Assembly: GCA_965219095.1 (NCBI GenBank)
Contig: CBDCMT010000001.1
Span: 800,001 to 864,000, forward strand
Source of the DNA: Bdellovibrionales bacterium
Lineage (GTDB): Bacteria; Bdellovibrionota; Bdellovibrionia; Bdellovibrionales; UBA1609
Direction: 5' to 3'
Length of the DNA stretch: 64,000 nt
Shown: positions 11,280-20,454 of the stretch, in pieces
Layout of the letters: each line of letters opens with the position of its first letter
Position numbering within the stretch: position 1 is the stretch's first letter
The notes under the pieces: model-generated
Told to the model about the DNA's origin: nothing
Database searches by the model: none
The model's input: only the letters and a program-made list of their open reading frames with translations
Position numbers and translations under genes: made by a program

Positions 11280-11460
11280 CTTTTTCCTTTTTTTCGAGTA
11301 AGCCTTCACAAAAATACAGGCTTAATCGAAAAAAAGGGAAAACACCCTTTGAGGCCTTAAAAACCAGGACAGCTAAAGGGTTTAGAATTTGTCTCGAAAA
11401 GCTCACCTCCTTCTGCAAGTACTTTAGGGTCACTATCATGGCTTAAACCAGTGACCTGTC
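11280..11460 (-). ncRNA. Candidate IS110 bridge-RNA-like structured leader
   Basis: Three hairpins in the non-coding region upstream of the IS110 ORF (GGTCACT/AGTGACC, CCCTTT/AAAGGG, CGA-TAAGCCT/AGGCTTA-TCG); inference from IS110 biology. Confidence 0.35.
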
Positions 11461-11473
11461 TTTTTGATTTACC

Positions 11474-11642
11474 GTCGAATTAATTTCTGTAATTGGTATT
11501 AGAGGAGAAAAAGCGTGTTGTTTGTGGTATTGAGAAAGTTTTTAATGAGCTTTATGCTGAGTTAGGTTTTGTGTAAGTCGGTTTCTTAGCAGCCCTTGAC
11601 TCCTACGAGGAGGATATTTCTTAGATTTTAAAGGAGAAGTTT
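11474..11642 (+). mobile_element. Stack of IS scars: IS630-type end, IS1634 fragment and MITE end
   Basis: GTCGAATTAATTTCTGTAATTGGTA matches the IR at 25862; LEEKKRVVCGIEKV matches 59494-59535; GTAAGTCGG.. at 11573. Confidence 0.65.
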
Positions 11643-11800
11643 AATGCTTTCTTAGATGTCCTCAGTTTAAAGTTCTTAGTTTCTGAATCAAAAACCCCTC
11701 TTTTTTTGATCAAAAATCCAAGATTCATAAAAAAGAGTTTTTTACTTTTTGTCATTATGACAACTAATGAAAACTCTCTCAAGAGTGTGTTATAGAAATA

Positions 11801-11832
11801 AAAACCCTCCCTCTATTTAAGGGAGAGCTTTT
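11801..11832. terminator. Intrinsic terminator-like hairpin after the SWIB gene
   Basis: AAAA-c-CTCCCT-loop-AGGGAG-a-gc-TTTT hairpin flanked by A/T tracts. Confidence 0.5.
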
Positions 11833-11855
11833 GTTTTTCTTGGTTTAAATTCTTG

Positions 11856-12329
11856 TTATTTAAGATGCTTACTAAGAAGCTTTGTCATCTCAAACATACT
11901 TACAGTGGATTTTCCAAAAATAGGTCTTAATTTAGAATCAGCATTGATGTTTCTTCTGTTTTTAGAGTCCTGTAGGTTGTGTTTTTTAATGTAAGCCCAG
12001 AGTTTTTTCACAACTTGGGTGCGAGGAAGAGGTGCGTTGCCAATGATTTGCGAAAGATAGGAGCTAGGAGTTAAAGGTTTCATAAAAGCTGGATTAGGCT
12101 TTCTTTTTGCACCTTTTCTTTTCGTTTTCTTCTTTGTTGCTTTTCTTTTGGCTGGGCCTTTTCTGGATGCTTTCTTAGCGGTTTTTCTTTTAGTTTTTCT
12201 TGTTGTTTTTCTCTTTCTTGCTGTTTTCTTAGAGGCTCTCTTTTTAGTTTTTCCTGTTGCTTTTCTCTTGGTTGTACGTCTTTTTGCCGCCTTTTTAGCG
12301 GTCTTTCCTTTTCTTTTTTTTATTGCCAT
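11856..12329 (-). CDS. SWIB/MDM2-domain protein with a histone H1-like Lys/Arg-rich N-terminus
   Basis: About 75 aa of K/R/A/T low-complexity sequence, then AFMKPLTPS..PRTQVVKKLWAYIKKHNLQD..VSMFEMTKLLSKHL. Confidence 0.9.
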   Translation of the reverse strand: MAIKKRKGKTAKKAAKRRTTKRKATGKTKKRASKKTARKRKTTRKTKRKTAKKASRKGPAKRKATKKKTKRKGAKRKPNPAFMKPLTPSSYLSQIIGNAPLPRTQVVKKLWAYIKKHNLQDSKNRRNINADSKLRPIFGKSTVSMFEMTKLLSKHLK

Positions 12330-12418
12330 TTTTTATCTCCTTTACTTTGTTATTATTACCTACACAATCAATTGTAGAGGGAAAAAGATGGGTTTTGCAA
12401 ACTTTTTTTTGATCTTTT

Positions 12419-12718
12419 TTAAGTTTTTTTTGATTTTCTACAAGAGGGCGATTTGAATTTTTCTTTTGAACTCCACTCTTTTAGAGTGAAAGCTCTCACT
12501 GAAAGAGCATGAATTCCCTCCTGAAACTCTTCTTTTAGACAAGAATAAACCATTTGATGTCTTTGTTTAAGAGGAATGTCTTCAAAAATCTTGCTGATAA
12601 CAGTGACAAAAAAATGGGAATGATCTTTGTGGGTCTGATGCTTGTGACTTTCATTTTTCACCTCAACTTGTGCTTTAGGAAAACTCTTAGCTAATTTCTT
12701 ATAAATTCTATCTTCCAT
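12419..12718 (-). CDS. bolA: BolA-family protein
   Basis: VKNESHKH, SHFFVTVIS, RHQMVY, GIHALS. Confidence 0.9.
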   Translation of the reverse strand: MEDRIYKKLAKSFPKAQVEVKNESHKHQTHKDHSHFFVTVISKIFEDIPLKQRHQMVYSCLKEEFQEGIHALSVRAFTLKEWSSKEKFKSPSCRKSKKT

Positions 12719-12742
12719 AAGTTCCTGTTATTACTTGTGTTT

Positions 12743-13483
12743 TTAATTTTCTGATATAAACCTTTGAAATCCTAAACTTACAAGAAGTACAACTAAAAAG
12801 GCTTTTCTAGTCTTTTTTTCAATAACAATATTTCTTTTCACAAGGATTAGACTAACAAAAAAACTGGTAAAAAACAAAATTAACATATTTTCATAGAGAA
12901 CTGTTGAGGCCTTTGTGTACAGATGTCCTAAGCTTGATAGAAAGCTTCCTGCAGTGACAAACAACAAACTAAGAGGTGTAACTTTCCAATTTTCTACAAA
13001 GTAAATCAATGCAAAGGAGGCAAAAATTCCTGCACCTAAGCCTGTAAGTCCTAAAATCACACCGAAAACACAAAAAAGGGGAGGTAGTACAAGAGTTTTT
13101 CTTCTTTCATCTAACTTACACCCTTTAAAGGGACTCAAGGCTCCTAGGACAAATGCCATGAAAAAAAAAGTTAAAGAAAGTAAGGTGTTTAAAGTCTTGT
13201 CAGGTACAGAAAAAAGAAGTTTGGAGCCTAGAAGACTTCCTAAAAGAAAAAAACATAGGCAGGAAATAAGATTTTTATTGAGCTTGATCTTTGTTTTTTG
13301 GTAGTAGATAAGAAAGACAGAGGAGCTTAAAATGGTTTGGAGTACTAAAGAGTTAGTGATAGCGTCTTTTGTGTTGTAATTGAGGAATGTGATAAGCCCA
13401 GGAATAAGAAGAAAACCCCCTCCTAAACCGAATAAACTGCTAACAAGGCCTACAGCAAAGCCTAATAAGACGAGTGTGAGCAC
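12743..13483 (-). CDS. TSUP/TauE-SafE family membrane protein
   Basis: SSLFGLGGGFLLIP and GLTGLGAG internal repeats; multiple TM helices. Confidence 0.8.
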   Translation of the reverse strand: MLTLVLLGFAVGLVSSLFGLGGGFLLIPGLITFLNYNTKDAITNSLVLQTILSSSVFLIYYQKTKIKLNKNLISCLCFFLLGSLLGSKLLFSVPDKTLNTLLSLTFFFMAFVLGALSPFKGCKLDERRKTLVLPPLFCVFGVILGLTGLGAGIFASFALIYFVENWKVTPLSLLFVTAGSFLSSLGHLYTKASTVLYENMLILFFTSFFVSLILVKRNIVIEKKTRKAFLVVLLVSLGFQRFISEN

Positions 13484-13485
13484 AA

Positions 13486-14385
13486 TTATTTCATTTCTTC
13501 ATAGATGATGTAGGGAGCTCCTATTTTACGGTGTCGTGCTTCGTAGCTATCTATGAAAAAAGGTCCTTTTTTTGTCTCTAGCTTCTTTTGAAAGGTCATT
13601 AATTCTTCTAGTTGCCTAGCATCTAAATTGAAAGAGTGAATTTTATTTCGATCATAATACAATCTTGTTAACTCTTTGCTAAAGAATTTAGCCCATTTAT
13701 CTGTTTTAACTTTAAGGCGGTAGGTGAGAGTATTAGGGTAAGTATGGATAGGAGTATAGGCTGTGACAATTTCAAAGGAGCCGTAATAACTGTGAAGGGC
13801 CACAGCAGGGCTGTCCCACTGTGTGATGCCGTAACAGTATTCAATGTTAGCATAAGCTAAACCAAAAGCTTTTGATAAAAAACCCAAGCCGTAGATTCTT
13901 TGCTCCTTTGGTAAAGTAGGATTAAGAGAAGAAAGATTGTGTGCTACCCATTCTCCCTCTTTGGCACAAGGTATGGTGGTAAATAAGGAAATAGGAATCC
14001 AGTCTCCTTTAAGTTCATTAAGATTTTGTTTTAAAACTCTTTTCATATTCTCTGTTAAATGATCTTTATGGCATACAAAGCCACAAGAAAGCCCCGGCAT
14101 AACCCCACAATCATAAAAAACCCATCGAGGCATAGTCATAACACTGAGGTGAAAAGCAGAAGCCTCCATAGACAGTATAGTGTTGACAAAAGATACATTC
14201 TCTATAAGGAGAGGATCTACGAATAAAGTTTTTTGAGAAAGCCCTTCAAATTTAAAAAAATGCCATGGCTTTTGAGGGCGGTTTGATTTTCTCATAAGAA
14301 CATAGGGGCGAAAAGAATCATTACTCAACCACTCAAGCCCCTTATAGTGCTTATAAAAAGAGTTATTGAAATTCTTTTCTGACAT
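13486..14385 (-). CDS. Hypothetical protein in the fumC-LOG-TSUP-bolA operon
   Basis: 299-aa ORF abutting both neighbours; no family recognised. Confidence 0.75.
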   Translation of the reverse strand: MSEKNFNNSFYKHYKGLEWLSNDSFRPYVLMRKSNRPQKPWHFFKFEGLSQKTLFVDPLLIENVSFVNTILSMEASAFHLSVMTMPRWVFYDCGVMPGLSCGFVCHKDHLTENMKRVLKQNLNELKGDWIPISLFTTIPCAKEGEWVAHNLSSLNPTLPKEQRIYGLGFLSKAFGLAYANIEYCYGITQWDSPAVALHSYYGSFEIVTAYTPIHTYPNTLTYRLKVKTDKWAKFFSKELTRLYYDRNKIHSFNLDARQLEELMTFQKKLETKKGPFFIDSYEARHRKIGAPYIIYEEMK

Positions 14386-14925
14386 TTATATTTCCTTGAG
14401 ACGTTGACAGATTTCTTCAAAACTGTTGTAGATTTCGTAAAGACTTTTTAAGTCTACATTAATAATTTTTTTTTCCTTCACTTCGTCTAGATATTTCATT
14501 AAAGGACTCCAGAAGTTCTGGAAGTCATAAAAAATAACAGGTTTATTGAGGACTTTGATTTGGTTGTAACAAAGGGCTTCTAAAGCCTCATCCATAGTGC
14601 CTAGGCCTCCAGGAAAGATCAAAAAAGCATCTGAATGTTGGAACATTTTCTTTTTCCGGTCATACATGTTTTTTTCATAATGAATATTGGTTAATTCTTT
14701 ATGAGCAAAGTTTTGTTTTTGAAACACAAGAGGAACAACGCCTGTAACTTGACCTCCATGGGCTAAAGCTGAATTAGCTAAGGCTCCCATACATCCCATT
14801 TTCGCTCCACCATACACAAGGTGAAAATTGTTTTCTGCTAAGAAGCGACCTATTTTCTTAACCTCTTCAATATAAATGGGGTCAATGTTTTGGCTTGAAC
14901 TGCAGTAAACACAAATTGATTTCAT
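14386..14925 (-). CDS. LOG-family (TIGR00730) nucleotide monophosphate phosphoribohydrolase
   Basis: [27 protein letters not shown]. Confidence 0.92.
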   Translation of the reverse strand: MKSICVYCSSSQNIDPIYIEEVKKIGRFLAENNFHLVYGGAKMGCMGALANSALAHGGQVTGVVPLVFQKQNFAHKELTNIHYEKNMYDRKKKMFQHSDAFLIFPGGLGTMDEALEALCYNQIKVLNKPVIFYDFQNFWSPLMKYLDEVKEKKIINVDLKSLYEIYNSFEEICQRLKEI

Positions 14926-16316
14926 TTTAAACTTCCGATCATGTTTTGAGGTTTAACCCATTTATCAAACTGTTCTGATGTCAAAAAACCTAGATTGAGG
15001 GCTTCTTGTTTTAAAGTGGTCCCTTTTTCAAAAGCTGTTTTAGCTATCTTAGCTGCTTTGTCGTAGCCAATATGGGGGTTTAAAGCTGTCACAAGCATTA
15101 AGGAGTTTTTTAAATGCCTATTGATGATATCTTTGTTAGCTTTCATTCCAGCAACACATTTGACTTGAAAGTTATAGCAGGCATCTGATAGAAGTTCTAT
15201 GGATTTTAACACATTCCATACAATAACAGGTTTAAAGACATTGAGTTCAAAGTTTCCTGACAATCCGGAAAGGCTTATTGTTACATCTTGACCTATGATT
15301 TGGGCTGAAACCATACAAAGAGCTTCACATTGAGTAGGGTTGACTTTTCCCGGCATAATTGAGCTTCCTGGTTCATTGGCAGGTAGTAAAAGCTCTCCTA
15401 ACCCACAGCGAGGACCACTTGCAAGCCATCTTATGTCGTTAGCAATTTTCATAAGAGCACAAGCCAGTGTTTTAAGGCTTCCACTCAACTGCACAAGGGG
15501 TTCGTGAGAGGAAAGAGCTTCAAATTTATTAGGAGCTGTTTGAAAAGGTAAATTGGTCATACGAGCAATCTCAGAGGCCACTTTTTCAGGAAAATCTTTA
15601 TGGGTGTTCAGTCCTGTACCTACAGCTGTTCCCCCTAAAGCTAAATAAAAAATTTCTTTAAGAGTGATTTTAAGTCTTTTTTGAGAGTTTTCAAGCTGGC
15701 TGATATAGGCTGAGAACTCTTGGGATAAGGTGAGGGGGGTTGCGTCCATGAGGTGGGTTCTCCCGATTTTAACAATCCCTTCGAACTCTTTTTGTTTTTT
15801 TTCAAACTCATTCTTTAAACCATCAAGGCTTTTAAGAAGACGAGAAGACATTTGTTCTGAAACGGCAATGTGCATGGCCGTAGGAAAAGTATCGTTAGAG
15901 GACTGCCCTTTGTTTACATCATCGTTGGGGTGGATACTTTTATCTCCCAGCCTTCCTCCTTTAAGTTGGATTGCTCGGTTGGCAATGACTTCATTAACGT
16001 TCATATGAGTTTGTGTTCCGCTTCCTGTCTGCCAAATGACTAGAGGAAAGTGTTCATCTAACCTTCCTTCAATCACTTCTTCACAAGCTTTTATGATAAA
16101 AGTTGCTTTTTGAGAATCTAGAAGCTTAAGATTTTGGTTCGTTATGGCACTGGCTTTTTTTAAAATCCCAAAAGCCTTGATGAACTCTCTTGGAAATCGT
16201 TCTTTTCCAATCTTAAAATTTTCCAAAGATCTTTGTGTTTGAGCCCCCCATAACTTATCATAAGGGACTGAAACCTCTCCTAAGCTGTCTTTTTCTATGC
16301 GGTATCTGCTATCCAT
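14922..16316 (-). CDS. fumC: Class II fumarate hydratase
   Basis: [44 protein letters not shown]. Confidence 0.97.
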   Translation of the reverse strand: MDSRYRIEKDSLGEVSVPYDKLWGAQTQRSLENFKIGKERFPREFIKAFGILKKASAITNQNLKLLDSQKATFIIKACEEVIEGRLDEHFPLVIWQTGSGTQTHMNVNEVIANRAIQLKGGRLGDKSIHPNDDVNKGQSSNDTFPTAMHIAVSEQMSSRLLKSLDGLKNEFEKKQKEFEGIVKIGRTHLMDATPLTLSQEFSAYISQLENSQKRLKITLKEIFYLALGGTAVGTGLNTHKDFPEKVASEIARMTNLPFQTAPNKFEALSSHEPLVQLSGSLKTLACALMKIANDIRWLASGPRCGLGELLLPANEPGSSIMPGKVNPTQCEALCMVSAQIIGQDVTISLSGLSGNFELNVFKPVIVWNVLKSIELLSDACYNFQVKCVAGMKANKDIINRHLKNSLMLVTALNPHIGYDKAAKIAKTAFEKGTTLKQEALNLGFLTSEQFDKWVKPQNMIGSLK

Positions 16317-16324
16317 ACCACCTT

Positions 16325-16357
16325 ATCATAGACATAAAAAAAGAACTTGTCTATAAT
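16325..16357. promoter_or_regulatory. Symmetric bidirectional sigma-70 promoter between fumC and the EVE gene
   Basis: + strand TAGACA-N17-TATAAT (16329-16357); - strand TAGACA-N17-TATGAT (16353-16325). Confidence 0.6.
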
Positions 16358-16368
16358 TGTTTCTTGAG

Positions 16369-16833
16369 ATGAAATACTGGTTGATGAAGTCCGAGCCTGA
16401 CACTTATTCACTAGAGGATTTGAAAAAAGATAAAAAAGCTCTATGGGATGGAGTTCGTAACTATCAAGCTCGTAATTTTATGATGAAGGATATGAAAAAA
16501 AAAGACCTTATCTTATTCTACCACTCTAATCTAAAGCCACCTAAAATCCCTGGTATAGTGGGTTTAGCTCAGGTGAGCCGTGAAAAACAAATTGACCCTA
16601 CAGCTTTTGATAAAAAATCACCTTATTACGATCCTTTAAGTCATCCTGATGAACCTCGTTGGTGGTGTGTAGAAATATCTTATATAAAAAGTTTTAAAAC
16701 TGAAGTAAGTTTAAAAGAGATTAAAGCACATAAAGAGTTAAGAAAAATGTTGGTGGCACAAAAAGGACAAAGACTTTCTGTTGAACCTGTTAAAGAAAAG
16801 CATTTTCATCTGATTGTAAAATTAGGAGGGTAA
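16369..16833 (+). CDS. EVE-domain protein
   Basis: YWLMKSEP, WDGVRNYQARNF, FYHS, DPTAFD, RLSVEPV. Confidence 0.95.
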   Translation: MKYWLMKSEPDTYSLEDLKKDKKALWDGVRNYQARNFMMKDMKKKDLILFYHSNLKPPKIPGIVGLAQVSREKQIDPTAFDKKSPYYDPLSHPDEPRWWCVEISYIKSFKTEVSLKEIKAHKELRKMLVAQKGQRLSVEPVKEKHFHLIVKLGG

Positions 16834-17015
16834 AGAGCCTGTAAACTAAATTGTAACTGATTTTTTCAGAGTGAATAAAATGTTTTTATTCACTCTTTGA
16901 CTTTACGCTTTTAATGCGAAGACATTTTCTTATTATCATCTCATAAGGAATTCACAATCAAAAATTTCGTAAGTTCATTGTTAACCTAAACCTCAATTTT
17001 TATATTAAGAAAAGA

Positions 17016-18077
17016 TCATCTTAATCGAATCTCAAGACAAAGAGTTCCAATTTTTTCTATACTTCTATCAACTTTTTGTTCTTGATAAGGGGTGGAGTTT
17101 TGAGTTGAAAAAAGACAGTGTCCTTGGAAAGCTGGATAAGCTTGAGCAGAATAAGGGGGAAGATATTCCAAAGGTTTTTCACGAATACGTGCACGAGAAA
17201 CCCCTTCAAAGATATAAGCTGAGTGGGGAAAAACTTGGGGAAAAAATCGTGCTCTTTGAAACGCCTTAAAACTCATAGCAAAAGAAGCACAAATAGGGTT
17301 GTTTTTTCCTGTTTTCGGTAGAATTTCATCGAGAAAGGAAATTCCTGTCTTCTGGGAAGAGGATCTTAACAGTTGTTTAAAAAAATGATCCTTTCCGCAT
17401 AACCTGTACAGATAATAAAAGTATTGATAAAGTTGCCCATACTGAGATAAAGACTGACTTCTGTTATCTTCATTCCACTGATTTACAGGAAGAATTTCCT
17501 TTAAAGAGACTTCAGGATAGTCAAAAGCATGAAAAAAAGCTGTACTGAAAAATCCGGTAACTAAGTGTTCTGCAAGAAGAGCTACTCCTTCTTCCACCCA
17601 TAATTCTTCTTGAGAACGGGTGTAATCCTGAATCAAGTGGATTAATTCATGGGTTATCATCACTTGACGAGAAACTGAATCCGCTCCTAAAAATTCTTCT
17701 TTGTCCAAAAAAATCACCGGGTTACCTGAAGTATCTTTTATATGAGGCGAGTAAAAGCCTCCCGCATGGTTTGTTTCAATTTCAATAAGATAAAGACTCC
17801 ACCTCTTTTCTGAAATAAGAGGCTTTATATGAAGATTGTTCAAAACAGCTAAGAGATCTTCTGATAGAAGAAGCTTGATTTTTTTGATTTGAAAAGAAGG
17901 TAGGTTTTTAGAGGGATAGTAAATAAAGACTTCTTTGAAAGGAGTAGTGAGTTTTATAAAGTCACTATTGTTATGCTTAATGTCACTATGAGAAAACTTA
18001 ATGCAACACATAAAAATAGCAAGAAAAAGGGATAACCTATTAAAAAAACTTATATTTTTATTCTTTATTCTATTCAT
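17016..18077 (-). CDS. Secreted zinc metallopeptidase-like protein (gluzincin-type HExxH..E)
   Basis: Signal-like N-terminus, GGFY, THELIHLIQ followed by WVEEGVA; divergent from the TIGR02147 gene. Confidence 0.65.
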   Translation of the reverse strand: MNRIKNKNISFFNRLSLFLAIFMCCIKFSHSDIKHNNSDFIKLTTPFKEVFIYYPSKNLPSFQIKKIKLLLSEDLLAVLNNLHIKPLISEKRWSLYLIEIETNHAGGFYSPHIKDTSGNPVIFLDKEEFLGADSVSRQVMITHELIHLIQDYTRSQEELWVEEGVALLAEHLVTGFFSTAFFHAFDYPEVSLKEILPVNQWNEDNRSQSLSQYGQLYQYFYYLYRLCGKDHFFKQLLRSSSQKTGISFLDEILPKTGKNNPICASFAMSFKAFQRARFFPQVFPHSAYIFEGVSRARIREKPLEYLPPYSAQAYPAFQGHCLFSTQNSTPYQEQKVDRSIEKIGTLCLEIRLR

Positions 18078-18170
18078 AATCTCCTTTATAGCTTTAATTT
18101 CGTAACAAAAGTTACTGTTTTTTTTACAAAAAGTCAAGTTTTTATTGAAAAAATAGAAAGGTCATTTAAA

Positions 18171-19088
18171 GTGCTTAATATGGAGCACTTAGAATCATCT
18201 AAAAAAACAAAAGTTCAAGCCCTACCTAATGTCTTTTACTATAAAAATTATCGAGTTTATTTAAAGGACTGGGTTTTAGCTAAAAAAAAGTTTAATAAAA
18301 GTTATTCAGCAGCGATTTTTGCGAAAAAAGCAGGTTTAAATTCTCATAACCTTTTAGGCATGGTGATTCGAGACGAGCGGAATTTGAGTTGGAAGAGCAT
18401 CAATGGTTTTTGTAAATCCCTTAACCTAAAAGTTAGGGAAAAACTCTATTTTGAAAAGCTGGTTCTTTTCTGTCAAGCTAAAAACTCAGAAGATAAAGCT
18501 GATTTTTTCGAACAACTCCTCCAACTTTCAAAAGGGCATGAAAACAAACTTTTAGATAAAATAAAGGATTACAAGTCCTATTATAGGCATTGGTATATTG
18601 TGGCTATAAGAGAAATGGTCAATCTTGAAGATTTTCAAGAAGACCCAGGCTGGATAACCGAAAAACTTAAACACAAGATCACAAAAAAGCAGGCCACAGA
18701 GGCTTGGAAAACCTTAAAACGTATTGGAATGGTCCGTTTTAACAAAGAAAGAAGGGTTTATGAAGTAGTCAATGCTGTTATTGATTATCAAAATGAGGGA
18801 GTGGATTTTGTTCTCCGTAACTTTCACAAAGAGTATTTGCACTTAACTTTAGATACTGTTGACGGAGACATTGAAGAGAGGGAGCTTTCAAGTCTCACCA
18901 TCGCTGTCACAGACGAAGACTTAAAAGAAATAAAAAAGAAAATCGATGAATACAGAAAGTATTTGAACTTAATTTATACAAAAACTAAAGAAGAAGGATC
19001 AAAACAAAAACCTCAAAATTTAATCGTTGTGAACATTCATCTTTTAGATCTGACTTCAAGAAAATCGAAAGGAGAAAAAAACAAATGA
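18171..19088 (+). CDS. TIGR02147/DUF4423-family putative HTH regulator
   Basis: YRVYLKD..YSAAIFAKKAGLNS HTH, WYIVAIREMV, NFHKEYL, ERELSSLT; ATG at 18180 is an alternative start. Confidence 0.85.
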   Translation: MLNMEHLESSKKTKVQALPNVFYYKNYRVYLKDWVLAKKKFNKSYSAAIFAKKAGLNSHNLLGMVIRDERNLSWKSINGFCKSLNLKVREKLYFEKLVLFCQAKNSEDKADFFEQLLQLSKGHENKLLDKIKDYKSYYRHWYIVAIREMVNLEDFQEDPGWITEKLKHKITKKQATEAWKTLKRIGMVRFNKERRVYEVVNAVIDYQNEGVDFVLRNFHKEYLHLTLDTVDGDIEERELSSLTIAVTDEDLKEIKKKIDEYRKYLNLIYTKTKEEGSKQKPQNLIVVNIHLLDLTSRKSKGEKNK

Positions 19089-20395
19089 AATATTTTATTT
19101 TATTAACCATTATTTTGTGTTTGAACACATTCGTTCTATTAGCAAATGAAGATCCTTACCGTGAGGGAGTAGAGGCTGTTGTTTTGAACCAAGTGGATAT
19201 AAATGAACTAAAAGCTTATGCTGAAAACACCAAATCTATTTTAGAAAGGGCTCTTTATGAAGCAAAAGAGAAGCCTTCTAATGAAGCTCTCCTAATTTAT
19301 GAGAAAGCAATTCATGAGGCTGTTTTTCAGTCTTTTGTAAAAAAGAAGCACTTTGAACTTCTTATGCGCTTTATCCTTAACCAAGCTCGTGATTTGGTCT
19401 CAGGAACTCCAGGAAAATCAGGAGAAGAATCAAGTTCGAGAAAAGAAGGTGTTTTAAAAAGGACTTCTAAAAAGGATTTATCTCTTGTTATTTATGAAGA
19501 ATCCTTTCGACTAGCTCTTAACTTTTATTCTGATGATAAGGAAACTCTTTCTAGCATGGAAGAAACTCTTTTTTCAAACTCAGACTCAGACTCAGTTATA
19601 ACTCTTATTCCCTACAATAAGATGGCCTTTGAAAGGTTGCGTATTTCTCAACAGTGGGTTGGTGGTGTTTTTGAAGAAGACCTTAAATTTGAATTTTTAA
19701 TGAGAATTTTAGAACACTGGCTTTTAACTGTGTCTCAAAAAACAAATTTGCAAAAAACAAAGATGGGTGCTTTGATTCTTTATGTTCAAGATGTTCTGGG
19801 GCGTGTGAAACTTCAATCTTCAACAGGTGCTAAAGTTCGGTTACTAAAAGGTGCAGTAAGGTGGGTTTTAAAACAATCCTTTTTTCAGGATTTTGTTACA
19901 CCTAACAACAACTATTATTATACAAAACCACAGCTTGGTTGTTGGAAAGAGTGGTTTATAGAAGGAGTGATTGATTATTCTAATGGAAGATTAAGATTGC
20001 AATGCTATAAAAAAAGTTACCTGAAAACACAGAATTCTTATTTTACAGAACCAAAATTTGGTTGTTGGAAGAGATTTGTAAAAGGGACGACTAGTACTTA
20101 TGGTTTGCAATGCTATAAAAAAAGTTACCTGAAAACACAGGATTCTTATTTTACAGACCCAAAATTTGGTTGTTGGAAGAGATTTGTAAAAGGGACGACT
20201 TTTCCAGATATTTCCTCAAAAGGTAAAAATATCTTGCAATGCTATAAAAAAAGTTACCTGAAAACACAGGATTATTATTTTACAGAACCAAAATTTGGTT
20301 GTTGGAAGGGATTTGTAGGAAGTATGGCTTTTGAATATCTTATAGGTTTTGAACAATTTTTATGCGAGAAAAAAGATAGAAGGAGAAAAAAATGA
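19085..20395 (+). CDS. Secreted protein with a constant N-domain and 4 Cys-loop tandem repeats (paralogue 1)
   Basis: Signal peptide; repeat YxTxPxxGCWKxF-[variable]-xCxKK. Confidence 0.85.
   Translation: MKYFILLTIILCLNTFVLLANEDPYREGVEAVVLNQVDINELKAYAENTKSILERALYEAKEKPSNEALLIYEKAIHEAVFQSFVKKKHFELLMRFILNQARDLVSGTPGKSGEESSSRKEGVLKRTSKKDLSLVIYEESFRLALNFYSDDKETLSSMEETLFSNSDSDSVITLIPYNKMAFERLRISQQWVGGVFEEDLKFEFLMRILEHWLLTVSQKTNLQKTKMGALILYVQDVLGRVKLQSSTGAKVRLLKGAVRWVLKQSFFQDFVTPNNNYYYTKPQLGCWKEWFIEGVIDYSNGRLRLQCYKKSYLKTQNSYFTEPKFGCWKRFVKGTTSTYGLQCYKKSYLKTQDSYFTDPKFGCWKRFVKGTTFPDISSKGKNILQCYKKSYLKTQDYYFTEPKFGCWKGFVGSMAFEYLIGFEQFLCEKKDRRRKK
19906..20395 (+). repeat. Coding tandem repeat, 4 units of about 108-130 bp
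   Basis: Constant TTGCAATGCTATAAAAAAAGTTACCTGAAAACACAG..GGTTGTTGGAA segments alternate with variable loops. Confidence 0.9.
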
Positions 20396-20454
20396 CATAG
20401 AGATAATAGGGAAAGAAAAAAATATAAACAAACAGAACAAAGAAGGAGAAAAAA

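Noticed and set aside
12148..12456. Hydrophobic 102-aa ORF and other short overlapping ORFs (e.g. 398, 6027, 15730, 21827, 23796, 57104, 62553)
   Set aside because: Antisense or alternate-frame shadows of well-supported genes.
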